Positions 1 to 9,305 of a stretch of DNA of 35,453 bases are shown here, piece after piece (within the stretch, counting starts at the first letter, position 1; every line of letters begins with the position of its first letter). The stretch lies in the NCBI GenBank assembly GCA_043799675.1, contig JAZDNN010000026.1, forward strand, positions 1-35,453, in the 5' to 3' direction. A program made the position numbers and the translations under genes. The DNA is from Candidatus Aenigmatarchaeota archaeon (lineage in GTDB: Archaea; Aenigmatarchaeota; Aenigmatarchaeia; Aenigmatarchaeales; JACQIB01). The notes below the pieces were generated by a model. It was not told the origin of the DNA. It worked only from the letters and a program-made list of their open reading frames with translations, and made no database searches.

Positions 1-44
1 GGCATCCGAAGCCAGGCGCTTTATCCAGGCTGAGCTAACGGCCC
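1..44 (-). tRNA. tRNA-Arg(UCG), 5' part, intron-containing, truncated by window edge
   Basis: Reverse complement reads GGGCCGT TA GCTC AGCCTGGATA AAGC G CCTGG CT TCG G ATGCC: acceptor 5' strand, D-arm, anticodon stem 5' strand CCTGG and anticodon TCG (7-9). The expected CCAGG does not follow, which implies an intron near 37/38. TATA-like ATTTAAT lies about 20-26 nt upstream. Confidence 0.85.
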
Positions 45-81
45 GAAAACACTTGTCTGCCGCATTAAATATGCTTGCTTT

Positions 82-1545
82 TCATGCCACTTTCACGGGT
101 TGTTTGAACGGGTTCTTTCCGGTAATGCAGAAGGTGCACAACTGGTCCTCGGGCAGCCCGATGGCTTTTATCACGTTTTCGGGGGTGTTGAAATATACCA
201 TGTCGATGTATTCCAGTTCCTTGGCCACGCTCTCTCCGACCTTGCGTACGTCCGCCTTGTTCTGGAACGGCTTGGCTGCAAGCTCCTTGTCCTTCGAGTC
301 GCTGAAACAGGGATCGAATATGGGGGCATAGCTTATCCACCATGTCACGTACTTTGCCCCGCCTTCCTTAATGACCCGCGCGTGCGCGTCGCCCTCCTTC
401 AGCAGGTGCGCGGTCGCATCGCTTATCGTTCCGCGTACTATGGAATCCTCACCCACGTGGACCTTCTTGCCTTTTATCACCGCGTTTATCGGATTGTGCT
501 TGAGCAGGGCCGCTTCTATCCTTTCTACCTTGTTGTCTATGTCGTATGTCCGGCCGATATACTGATTCTTTATCAGCCCCTCGTCAATCGGTATTCCTGA
601 AGCCTCATGTATGCCTATCGCGACGGAGCGGCCGGAATCAGGGACGCCTATGACCACGCTGTTTCCGTCGTCCTTGATGCCGTACAGTTCAACTAGCAGG
701 TGGCCCAGCTTCTTCCTCACCATGTGCGAGGTTATGCCTTCCATGACGGCGTCGTGCCTTGACGTATAGACCCATTCGAATGCACAGTGCGACCTTTTCG
801 GCTCCTGTATCTGCCTCTGCCGGTATCCGTCCATGTCCATAGTCAGGACTTCCCCCGGAACCACGTCCCGGCATTCAATCAGTTTGTCAAAACTGCTTAC
901 GACATCTATGGCCCCGGATTCCGATGAAACGAATATACCACTTTCCGAGCGCCCCATGTACATCGGTTTGACACCTCGTCTGTTCCTGAATGCGACCAAC
1001 TGGGACCTCTGTCCGACCTTGTCGTGGACGACCCCAACCATGGAATAGTAACCCGGGCCGAGCTCATCCGCAGTTTTGAGGCACGCCTCTTCTACGTTGT
1101 TATAATTTTCCATATAATTTGAGAATATCGCCGCATAGAAGGTGTTGTTCGGCTGGAAACGTATGTTGCCTTCAAGCATCCCATTGCTTGAGATTGCACC
1201 GTCTATTGCCGTCGCGACCTCGTAGCGCAATTCCTTCTTGTTAACATGGATCGGTGCAATGCCGTCTTCCTTCACATTTTTGTCGCCGATGTGGCCTACC
1301 ATCGCATAATCGTCCGGGTGTATGAAGGCGTCCCTCGCTTCCCGCGTGAAGGTGGCAGAAACCAATCCCGGAGCAACGGACTTCCTCATCGAACGGTCTC
1401 CAGCGGACACCATCCCCCAGTTCGCCTGGCCGCGGTGCTGCGTCTGCATCAGCATGAAGTATCCTTTGACGCCCGCGTTGAACCATTCGTTGAGCTTTTC
1501 GTTGTAAGTGGCATCCTTCGAGTAAATACCGATGACGCCTGCCAT
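82..1545 (-). CDS. purF: Amidophosphoribosyltransferase homolog with degenerate glutaminase domain
   Basis: QHRGQ, SSESGA, HCAFEWVY, GVPDSG, KNQYIGRT, PRPP-binding EDSIVRGT, and Fe-S cysteines (CAF, PC, CTFC). The N-terminus is MAG rather than MCG. Confidence 0.9.
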   Translation of the reverse strand: MAGVIGIYSKDATYNEKLNEWFNAGVKGYFMLMQTQHRGQANWGMVSAGDRSMRKSVAPGLVSATFTREARDAFIHPDDYAMVGHIGDKNVKEDGIAPIHVNKKELRYEVATAIDGAISSNGMLEGNIRFQPNNTFYAAIFSNYMENYNNVEEACLKTADELGPGYYSMVGVVHDKVGQRSQLVAFRNRRGVKPMYMGRSESGIFVSSESGAIDVVSSFDKLIECRDVVPGEVLTMDMDGYRQRQIQEPKRSHCAFEWVYTSRHDAVMEGITSHMVRKKLGHLLVELYGIKDDGNSVVIGVPDSGRSVAIGIHEASGIPIDEGLIKNQYIGRTYDIDNKVERIEAALLKHNPINAVIKGKKVHVGEDSIVRGTISDATAHLLKEGDAHARVIKEGGAKYVTWWISYAPIFDPCFSDSKDKELAAKPFQNKADVRKVGESVAKELEYIDMVYFNTPENVIKAIGLPEDQLCTFCITGKNPFKQPVKVA

Positions 1546-1653
1546 GCCCCAACATCCGCCAAGGTCGGATATATATCTGCGACGACGTCTTTTCGCAGGA
1601 TAAATGCTTTTATTGAACCTAGTTTATCATCGTAGGACTTGTCAGAGGGTCGC

Positions 1654-1992
1654 ATGATGGGCAACAAAGAAATAAAATTCGCGGTGACGGCCGCAGAGAA
1701 GGGCAGGCAGCGGCTGGTAAGGTACATCGACGAGGGGCGCGCACCGGGCGTACCGGACCACCTACGCGAGGCACTTGCGATTTACCATGTTCCGACTTAC
1801 AGAGACAGGGATAAGGCCCTGGAAACGTTTGAAAGGGACTGCGAATTCTGCGGATTACCTTCCGTTGAGGAACTGGATGACAAAATAAGGGCGAACGATC
1901 ACGTACCTCCGATTGACAAGCTGGATTCCCGCCTGGTGAGGATACATGTCAAGCCCGTGATAGAGGCTTTTCCGAAGGAATCTACGGCGTGA
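1654..1992 (+). CDS. Hypothetical protein (~112 aa)
   Basis: Only sizeable ORF between purF and asnS; ATG at 1654 preceded by GAGGG; its 3' end overlaps the asnS stop. Confidence 0.6.
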   Translation: MMGNKEIKFAVTAAEKGRQRLVRYIDEGRAPGVPDHLREALAIYHVPTYRDRDKALETFERDCEFCGLPSVEELDDKIRANDHVPPIDKLDSRLVRIHVKPVIEAFPKESTA

Positions 1993-3265
1993 CCCTGTCC
2001 ATGCTGCGCGGGAACGGGATAGTATCGAAGATGTGCTTTGCTCCCGTCAGCCACATGAGCAGCCTTTCTATTCCCAGGCCGAAGCCGCTATGGGGAACCG
2101 CACCATACTTCGTGAGGTCAAGATACCATTCGTAATCCTTCTTTGGTAGCTTGAACATCTTCAGGCTCTCAAGCAGCTCCTTTCCGTCGAAAATCCGTTC
2201 GGAGCCGCCTATGACCTCGCCGACCCCCGGAAGGAGCAGGTCAGAGGCCAAGACGACCTTCGGGTCCTTCGGGTCGGGGCGCATGTAGAATGCCTTCATG
2301 TCCCGTGAAAAGCTTGTCAGGAACATCGGTCTGTCACCCATCTTTTCCAGCAGTTCCCGTTCTTCCTTGTCCGTGATGTCATCGCTGTGCTTCTTGCCGA
2401 GCTTCTCCATCGCATGCTTGTAGGTCATGCGCAGGAAGGGCTTCGTCAAGTGTTTCAATCCGGCCGTATCCCTTCCCAGGTCTTTGAGCTCTTTCTCGGC
2501 ATGTTCCAGCACATACCCCGTTACGAATATTATCAGGTCCTCCTCGAATCCCATCAGCTGTTCATGATCCATCCAGGCGGTCTCCATCTCATGATGCCAG
2601 TATTCCGACAGGTGCCTGACGGTTCTGCTCTTCTCGGCCCTGAAACTCGGAGAGATGGTAAATATTTTCTCAAGCCCATAGACCATCGCTTCAGCATAAA
2701 GCTGCCAGCTCTGGGCAAGATAGACCCCTTTCCTTTCGCCGTATTTCACCTCGAACAGGGTCGAACCGCCCTCGCAACCCAGAGTGGTGAATATCGGGGA
2801 CTGGACCTCGAAATATCCCTTCTGTTCGTAGAACTTCCTGATTGCCTGAAAAACGGAAGAGCGGACCTTCAGCATCGCCACCATCTTGGGGTCGCGGACC
2901 CACAGATGCCTACTGTCCCTCAGGAACTCATCCGTAAGCTCCTTGTCCTTGCTGTGCTCTATGGGCCAGCGTTCGGCGATGCTGACGATTGTCAGATGTG
3001 TTGCACGGACCTCGAAGCCTCCCGGTGCCCTCTTATCTTCACTGACCGTGCCTTCAAGCTCAATCGAAGACTCGACAGTAAGCTTGTCGGCTTCAGCGGC
3101 CAAACCACCTTTGATTGCCACCTGCAGGATCCCGCTGCCGTCGCGCAACATCAGGAACACTATCTCCTTCTGCTTCCTGGCGGCACGTACCCAGCCGCGC
3201 AGCTTCACCTGCCTGCCCGTCATACTTCCGGAAAGGACGTCCGAAACGGGTGTAAATTCGGCCAT
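1982..3265 (-). CDS. asnS: Asparagine--tRNA ligase
   Basis: N-terminal OB fold (LRGWV, LRDGSG), CEGGSTLF, YLAQSWQLY, FRAEKSRTVRHLSEYW, EVIGGSER, PHSGFGLGIERL. Start placed at ATG 3265, directly after the upstream stop. Confidence 0.95.
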   Translation of the reverse strand: MAEFTPVSDVLSGSMTGRQVKLRGWVRAARKQKEIVFLMLRDGSGILQVAIKGGLAAEADKLTVESSIELEGTVSEDKRAPGGFEVRATHLTIVSIAERWPIEHSKDKELTDEFLRDSRHLWVRDPKMVAMLKVRSSVFQAIRKFYEQKGYFEVQSPIFTTLGCEGGSTLFEVKYGERKGVYLAQSWQLYAEAMVYGLEKIFTISPSFRAEKSRTVRHLSEYWHHEMETAWMDHEQLMGFEEDLIIFVTGYVLEHAEKELKDLGRDTAGLKHLTKPFLRMTYKHAMEKLGKKHSDDITDKEERELLEKMGDRPMFLTSFSRDMKAFYMRPDPKDPKVVLASDLLLPGVGEVIGGSERIFDGKELLESLKMFKLPKKDYEWYLDLTKYGAVPHSGFGLGIERLLMWLTGAKHIFDTIPFPRSMDRVTP

Positions 3266-3266
3266 G

Positions 3267-3428
3267 TCAATCGCTTCTATATCGGGAGCTCGCCTTAAAA
3301 ATCCGAACAGTGACCAGCGGCTCCTCCAGCCTACCACGGATGATTGCGGGAACCTGAATCCTTCCTTTGGAATCGAGCCTAGCGGTGAAACTAAGCAAAT
3401 CGGATGATTGCTTTATTTTGACATCCAC
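3267..3428 (-). CDS. Small AbrB/MazE/SpoVT-like DNA-binding protein (53 aa, below ORF-track cutoff)
   Basis: Hand translation from GTG: MDVKIKQSSDLLSFTARLDSKGRIQVPAIIRGRLEEPLVTVRIFKASSRYRSD. LDSKGRIQVP is the AbrB swapped-hairpin motif; the TGA is 1 nt before the asnS ATG. Confidence 0.6.
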   Translation of the reverse strand: MDVKIKQSSDLLSFTARLDSKGRIQVPAIIRGRLEEPLVTVRIFKASSRYRSD

Positions 3429-3492
3429 CTTTCATCTGTTTCACCAAAAATGAATTCTGCTTGGACTTTCTTAAAACAGGCGAATTTGTGGG

Positions 3493-3639
3493 CTACGCCC
3501 TGTCCCCGTATGCGTCCTCTCTCGAAAACGGCGTGTATTCCACGCCGTCGGCAAGTTTGATGCCCTTTCTGATGAATGCTAACAGTTCATCGGTGGCGTC
3601 CCGAGAAGCACTTTCAACGGGTTTTTCTTCAGCAGCCAT
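3493..3639 (-). CDS. Small protein (48 aa), antitoxin-like C-terminus
   Basis: Hand translation MAAEEKPVESASRDATDELLAFIRKGIKLADGVEYTPFSREDAYGDRA; co-oriented with its neighbours and fills the gap. Confidence 0.45.
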   Translation of the reverse strand: MAAEEKPVESASRDATDELLAFIRKGIKLADGVEYTPFSREDAYGDRA

Positions 3640-3672
3640 GGCCAGAAAAGAAGGCGCCAAAATTTAAAGCGC

Positions 3673-3801
3673 TTACTTCATCGGTTGCATCGGTTCGCCG
3701 CAGCAGACGAGTTCCCCGCCGCCGACCTTCGTGACCTTCACCACGTTGCCGCAGATGGCGCAGCGGTAGACCTCGCCGACCTTTTTTACCGGAGGCATCA
3801 T
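3673..3801 (-). CDS. Desulforedoxin-type FeS4 (rubredoxin-like) small protein (42 aa)
   Basis: Hand translation [42 protein letters not shown] matches the YxCxxCGN...[12 protein letters not shown] signature; ATG is 1 nt after the upstream stop. Confidence 0.9.
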   Translation of the reverse strand: MMPPVKKVGEVYRCAICGNVVKVTKVGGGELVCCGEPMQPMK

Positions 3802-3802
3802 A

Positions 3803-5065
3803 TCACTTCCTTATGAAATCTTTCACGACCGAATAGCGGCCGCGGACCAGCCCGGCGAGGTTTATGTCGACCAGATAGTCCAGGTCCGCTTTTATCTGGG
3901 TTATGTGGGATTTCTTGCTCAGGTGCTCGTATTCGGGCCTGAGTTTCAGCCTGTCTATCACTTCGGCTGTGTCACCGGGCCCGCCTTCCGAGAGGGCTAA
4001 TAGGATGTCCTGCCTTCGTCTTATCGCGTCCTTGCTTGAGCCCAGGGCCTTGGTGTTGAGCATGCCTCGGACCAGGAGCTTCTCGAAACGCTCCTTGAGA
4101 TGTGAAGGGAAGCGACGGTAGAGCCAGACCGCGGTTTCCTGCGGGCCAAGCTTGTCCCTGAGATTCCTGATTTCCGGTCTGTCCCATTCATCGTGCAGAT
4201 GCTGCCAAAAAGCCAGTGTATGGACCGCGTAATAGGTCGTGTACAGCTGGGAGGCATGACCTGCAGCGAACGGCCAGCCGCCATCCTTGTTCTGTATTTT
4301 CAGGAGATAATCCACCCCTTTCTGCACCTTTTCATTGAATGGGTTCTTGGAGAGAAGCATGAGGGCCAACGTAGCAAATGCCGTCGGATAAGCCCCGGCT
4401 TCTTTGATTCGGGTCGTTTTCCAGCCTCCGCCGGTGAGCTGTGACTTTTCCAGGAAAACGGCCGCCTTCCTGAGCGTAGGATTGTCCGGATTTTCCCCCA
4501 GCATCACCATTGTTATAGCAACCGTACCCGTGGCCGGCGGCTCGGACAGTTTCCCCTGCCCGTCCCTGCTCCAACCGCCGGATTTCAGCTGCGAACGTTT
4601 GAACCAAGTCAATGCTTTTTTGGTGACATCCGGATGCCCGTTTCCGAGGGCATTGATCACCATGAAGTTGGTGGCGTTCAGAGTTACGGGAAAAACCGCC
4701 CAATAACCATTGGCGTCCTGCCGTTTGACCAATTCCCGTTCCAAATACCTGATTTCCTTGCCGTTCGATACGGCATCGGACAGGCGCAATGTAAACAGTT
4801 TCCATGCAAACCATGCGACCGGGGCGCTGCTTTCGAGCGCGTGATTACAACAAAAATTAAGCGCCGCCCTGAGATTCGACATCTTATCGGAACGGTTGCA
4901 CAGCAGCAAGGCATTAGCGGCCTGTGAGGTTGAAATTATCTCGGAAGAGTATTCCTCCGGTTCGTTGAAAAGGCGTTTTTCAGGAAGCCAGCAGCCTTCA
5001 TCCTTCTGCCTTGCCGACAACCATTCAGCAGTCAAAGCCAAAGCGGCTTGGACACGTTCGTCCAT
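3803..5065 (-). CDS. Prenyltransferase/squalene-cyclase (QW) repeat protein with C-terminal winged-helix-like domain
   Basis: Five QxxxGxW repeats (QKDEGCW, QDANGYW, QLKSGGW, QLTGGGW, QNKDGGW); the C-terminus [34 protein letters not shown]...GRYSV has a wHTH pattern. Confidence 0.8.
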   Translation of the reverse strand: MDERVQAALALTAEWLSARQKDEGCWLPEKRLFNEPEEYSSEIISTSQAANALLLCNRSDKMSNLRAALNFCCNHALESSAPVAWFAWKLFTLRLSDAVSNGKEIRYLERELVKRQDANGYWAVFPVTLNATNFMVINALGNGHPDVTKKALTWFKRSQLKSGGWSRDGQGKLSEPPATGTVAITMVMLGENPDNPTLRKAAVFLEKSQLTGGGWKTTRIKEAGAYPTAFATLALMLLSKNPFNEKVQKGVDYLLKIQNKDGGWPFAAGHASQLYTTYYAVHTLAFWQHLHDEWDRPEIRNLRDKLGPQETAVWLYRRFPSHLKERFEKLLVRGMLNTKALGSSKDAIRRRQDILLALSEGGPGDTAEVIDRLKLRPEYEHLSKKSHITQIKADLDYLVDINLAGLVRGRYSVVKDFIRK

Positions 5066-5161
5066 GAATGTGAATGTAAAGCTAGATTTATAAATGCTGA
5101 AGTTTTCTTCAGCAAGTCCCTGTTCCTTACATTATTATTGCTTGCGGTACCCTTATTATGC

Positions 5162-5935
5162 ATGGAATTGCGCGTTCTGGGCACCGGGCGGCCCTACAAC
5201 AGTGAGAGGCACAAAGGGAATACCTGCTTCATACTTGACTGCGGCAGGCGGTTATTGATTGATACCCCCAGCGAATGGTCTACTTACGATAGTGCGGGAA
5301 TAGCCCCGGCTACCATAGATGGCGTGGTACTAACCCATCTGCACTGGGATCATGCCGGCGGACTTGATGCTTTTCTGATGTACAAAAAATTCAATCCTTC
5401 CGAGAAAGGCAAGCCTACGCTGTATACCACAAAGGAGATATATGACGGCTTATTGGACATAACGAAGCACACGATATGCAGGACGGTCGATTCACAGTTC
5501 AAACCCCGCCATATAGGCCTTCACGAATACGTCGATTTCAAGGAACTGAAATCCGGACATCCGTTCGAAGAAGGCGGACTAAAGATAGAGGCCAGATCGA
5601 ACCTTCATAGCGTGCCTGCCATCGGCCTGAAAATATCGGACGGTAACAGGACCTTTGCATACAGCGGCGATACGAATTACGATCCGGAACTAATAGCCAG
5701 ATTGCACAAGCAGGGCTGGCTTGATGACCAGCAACGGGACGAACTGCTCGGTTTCCTGTGGGATGCGGATTTCGTGGTCCATGAGGCGGACAACAGCGGC
5801 GAGTTCCATACTGATGTGAAGCGGCTGGAGGAACTGAAGGACGAAATCAAGGAAAAGGTGTGGCTGGCCCATTACGGCGATGACCTGAAAACCGACATGA
5901 AAGTGCTGAAAGATTATGAGAAATATGAGGTTTAA
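5162..5935 (+). CDS. Metallo-beta-lactamase fold hydrolase (RNase Z/phosphodiesterase-like)
   Basis: MELRVLGTG start, LIDT, THLHWDH (HxHxDH), HSVP, YSGDT, VHEA, LAHY. Confidence 0.9.
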   Translation: MELRVLGTGRPYNSERHKGNTCFILDCGRRLLIDTPSEWSTYDSAGIAPATIDGVVLTHLHWDHAGGLDAFLMYKKFNPSEKGKPTLYTTKEIYDGLLDITKHTICRTVDSQFKPRHIGLHEYVDFKELKSGHPFEEGGLKIEARSNLHSVPAIGLKISDGNRTFAYSGDTNYDPELIARLHKQGWLDDQQRDELLGFLWDADFVVHEADNSGEFHTDVKRLEELKDEIKEKVWLAHYGDDLKTDMKVLKDYEKYEV

Positions 5936-5959
5936 ATTTCTAACTGGTAAGTGATTATT

Positions 5960-8068
5960 ATGGTAAGATACTTAAATCAACTACCAGCCAAGTCAGCGCA
6001 ACCTTTGCAGAGGATTGGTGAACGCTTAGCGGATTACGCGAACCGGACGGGTTGCAGGGAATACGGCATCTTCTGCCAGCCTTCTTACGGCGACCCTGAT
6101 GAGGAACACGAAGAATCGGATGTTGACATCGGTTTTGCCGTTGATATGCGGATATGGAACAACGGCCCTTTATTGGAGCAGATTTATGATGGTACCGACA
6201 AGATCGCGCTTGAGGAATGGGTCTCGCTGGGGCGGGAAGTCAAGATATGGCCCAATCCCATCGATAATTTCAAATCAACAAAGGACTTCAGATTGCCCCC
6301 CACGAAGCGGCATGTTGATGACATACGGCACGGCATAGACAGCATAGCAAACAAGGCGATTTTGTACAGGATGCTGAAAGGGTCAGTGTACATCGGGGGC
6401 AGGGACGTGCTCGGGGAACTTTCAAAGAAATCTGAGCACGATTTCGAGATGGCGAACCCCAGGGACGGTTACGACATGTTTGCAATAGCGACCGCCGACC
6501 TTGCGACCGGTGTGCTCAATTGCGGAAAGAAAAAAGGAAACGGCAAACCATTCGTTGACAACCACAAGCTGGGAAAGGGAATCATCTTTGCAAATTACGG
6601 GTTGCACCTTCTTTGCGAGAGGAAATACCTTGCAACATACAAAGAAATGGCAGATTCCAGCGAGGAGATATTTCATCTGCGCGATAACGACATCGAGAAC
6701 CTTGTCAAATCGGCCCCGGACATGCGAAAGGCCGGCAATGACACCGATGACGGGTTTGACATGACCGATGCCGCTTCCGTATCCACCCTGCAGAAACTGT
6801 TCAATTTTGCCCGGGCAAAAAGCAGGGCGGAAGCCATGCGCCTGAGGTATCATACCGATGTCCAGCGGATGACCAACCTGAAGGATTTTTATGACAGGAT
6901 GGCACCGAACATAGCAAAAATGGCTTTGCAGACGCCGGAACAGAACCCGTTGCTGTTCTTTTTTGCACAAGAAGTCATAGATTATCTCGGTTATGACGCA
7001 CTTTCCACCTCTGTTTCCGGAAATCTGCCCGACGGCTATTTGATGAAGGAATTCCTCCGCAACGCCGTCGTGCTGAGAAAGACCGTCCTTCCGGACCCGA
7101 GAATAAAGGACGTTATTATGCAGCAAAACGATCCGTGGCCGAAGGCCGTGTATGGCCGGGCGTATGCCGTCCTTGGCGATTGGAATGATGCGATAGCCAA
7201 TCTCGCAGGTTCGATAGCAGAATTCGAAGGCCAGAAAACCCCCGATTCTGATGCCCACGCCTATTCCATCTATACGAGGCCCGACAAGGAATCCGTACTT
7301 TCAGACCTGTACGCCACCCTTGCATTCTCGCTTCTGAAAACAGGCAAACACAAGGACGCGGAAAGCGCGATAGACAGTTCACTCAGCAATGAACCTTTGA
7401 ATCCGACCCATCTGAGGCTCAAGGCCGTCATATCCGGAAACAAGGATTTTCATAAGCTTGCACAGGCCGCCGAAAAAATCGATACGGATCCGCTTGCCCT
7501 GTATAAAACGTATATTTCCCGTGACGGCATCTCGACACATGAAACCATGAATTACTTCTCCGGCAAGCTGAAATCCTGGATGATACGCAACACGGACGCC
7601 GAGATAGCCAAATACACCGCCGAAAAGGACATGCTCGCGACAGACACGCTCGAGGGCAGGAAATACCAGGAGGCGCTGGAAATCGTTGAAAACAACTGCC
7701 TGCACATACTGGAAAGCCTGCGTTCCGACGCCCTCAAGATAAGAGGCCAACTGGACGTCGACCCCTCTCCGGCCAGATACCCTTTGATGGTCTCTTTTTA
7801 CAAATCAAGAACCGGTTACGAAGAGGAAGTCTATTCATTGCAACGTTTGGCTTTGCTCATAAACAACGCTCACAATGCCGATCGTGGAATGCTCGGAAAA
7901 AAGTTCGAGGAGTTCCCGAAAATCCCGCAAAAAGACCAGTCAGATTGGAAGAAGGACCTGTCAAAATGGGCGACGGAACGCGGTTTTGAAGAAAGCATAA
8001 GCGACTGGGAAAACACGATGACGCCGGGCAAGAATGCCGGAACCCGCAGTCGTCCGCAGGGAAAGTGA
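5960..8068 (+). CDS. Large hypothetical protein; putative N-terminal nucleotidyltransferase-like domain plus TPR-like repeats
   Basis: PSYG...ESDVDIG resembles the Pol-beta GS..DxD motif; TPR-like helices (YGRAYAVLGDWNDAIANL; LAFSLLKTGKHKDAESAIDSSLSNEP). Confidence 0.6.
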   Translation: MVRYLNQLPAKSAQPLQRIGERLADYANRTGCREYGIFCQPSYGDPDEEHEESDVDIGFAVDMRIWNNGPLLEQIYDGTDKIALEEWVSLGREVKIWPNPIDNFKSTKDFRLPPTKRHVDDIRHGIDSIANKAILYRMLKGSVYIGGRDVLGELSKKSEHDFEMANPRDGYDMFAIATADLATGVLNCGKKKGNGKPFVDNHKLGKGIIFANYGLHLLCERKYLATYKEMADSSEEIFHLRDNDIENLVKSAPDMRKAGNDTDDGFDMTDAASVSTLQKLFNFARAKSRAEAMRLRYHTDVQRMTNLKDFYDRMAPNIAKMALQTPEQNPLLFFFAQEVIDYLGYDALSTSVSGNLPDGYLMKEFLRNAVVLRKTVLPDPRIKDVIMQQNDPWPKAVYGRAYAVLGDWNDAIANLAGSIAEFEGQKTPDSDAHAYSIYTRPDKESVLSDLYATLAFSLLKTGKHKDAESAIDSSLSNEPLNPTHLRLKAVISGNKDFHKLAQAAEKIDTDPLALYKTYISRDGISTHETMNYFSGKLKSWMIRNTDAEIAKYTAEKDMLATDTLEGRKYQEALEIVENNCLHILESLRSDALKIRGQLDVDPSPARYPLMVSFYKSRTGYEEEVYSLQRLALLINNAHNADRGMLGKKFEEFPKIPQKDQSDWKKDLSKWATERGFEESISDWENTMTPGKNAGTRSRPQGK

Positions 8069-8075
8069 TGATGAC

Positions 8076-9293
8076 ATGTCAGAGTTAAGCAAGAAACGAA
8101 AAGCCGACATGGAGGCTTCCATGGGTGCACTGAAAGACATGGAAAAATACTTCAATTCGGAACATAAAGGGGACCAGAAATACCTTTCCCTTGTGAGCTC
8201 AGTATACGGTCTTAAAACAAGGTTCGCCTCTAAAATTGCCAGTATCAATGCCGCAGAAAAACGCATGACATCACACAGCGGCATATTGCTCGATGGTTGG
8301 TCGGATTCCGCCTGGCAAGGATACGAGAAATGGGAAGAAGATGTGAAGAAAGGCGTATCCGAACTTATCGAAAGGGCGGCCGACATGATACGAAGTGACG
8401 GTTACGTCCATGCCTATCATCAGACCGATACATCTTACGGTAAACAAAGCACGGACATAAACGTTTTCCTGAAACGTGAAAAAGGGATAATTACCGAATG
8501 GAACGCAATACCGGAGGAATACAAGAAGAATATCAACGAATGGAAAGACAAGCTTTTTGATTACTGGAACATGCTGGTGTTTTCCGGTAAAATACCGCTC
8601 ATTACAAGCAATGATACCGAAAAACTTCACCGGGCGTATGCCAATTACCGTGAATACGCCACGTCAACGTTGATAGGCATGCTTGAGAATGAGATGAATT
8701 CCCAAACCGAGGCACGTCAGAACGAGCTCAAAAGGTTGAAACTTGAAATGAGGAAAAAAACCGTCGATTTGCTTCCGGAATGCGAATTAAAATCCAGACT
8801 CAAGCGGGAAGTCTGCATCAGGGAGGTATACGGATTGGAGTCCCCCGAGGAACTCGATTCCGGGACGGTGAAGAAAAAGATATCGGAAGCAATCGAACAT
8901 AACGATTCGTATAAAATCGTTTTGCTCATAGATTCTTCATGTCAAGAACCCGGAATAAAACAAGAGATTCGTGATTACCTTGAAGAATGTGCTATCGATA
9001 CGCTTAAAGGGCAGAAATGGGAAACGGCTGCCGTGCTTTATGGGCTGCTCGGCGACCAGTTCAACATCTCTTCGACCCTTGCATCAATACACCGGGTTAA
9101 AGCAAAAAGCGAAAAGCAATTGACAGTGAAACCCGTTTACGAGGTCCTACCGCCGGAAAGCATGCCCGATGAACATAGAAAATTGAGGGACATGGCATGG
9201 AGAGTTGCAGGCGCGGAACTTGGAAATACCTATGAAAACCATAAGGATGCGGAAATCTGCTTCGATCATGCCATAGCTTACAAGAAAAAGTGA
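8076..9293 (+). CDS. Hypothetical all-helical protein with C-terminal TPR-like helices
   Basis: Long ORF starting 7 nt after the previous stop; Lys/Glu-rich; T-run at 9301-9306 after the stop. Confidence 0.7.
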   Translation: MSELSKKRKADMEASMGALKDMEKYFNSEHKGDQKYLSLVSSVYGLKTRFASKIASINAAEKRMTSHSGILLDGWSDSAWQGYEKWEEDVKKGVSELIERAADMIRSDGYVHAYHQTDTSYGKQSTDINVFLKREKGIITEWNAIPEEYKKNINEWKDKLFDYWNMLVFSGKIPLITSNDTEKLHRAYANYREYATSTLIGMLENEMNSQTEARQNELKRLKLEMRKKTVDLLPECELKSRLKREVCIREVYGLESPEELDSGTVKKKISEAIEHNDSYKIVLLIDSSCQEPGIKQEIRDYLEECAIDTLKGQKWETAAVLYGLLGDQFNISSTLASIHRVKAKSEKQLTVKPVYEVLPPESMPDEHRKLRDMAWRVAGAELGNTYENHKDAEICFDHAIAYKKK

Positions 9294-9305
9294 ATGCGGC
9301 TTTTT

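Noticed and set aside
2387..3298. Long antisense ORFs (also 6422-7258, 10809-11771, 19391-20161, 20826-21731, 28886-29851)
   Set aside because: They lie opposite well-supported genes and have no recognisable motifs; expected shadow ORFs.
3803..5065. Squalene-hopene cyclase call
   Set aside because: Too short, single barrel, no DxDD motif.
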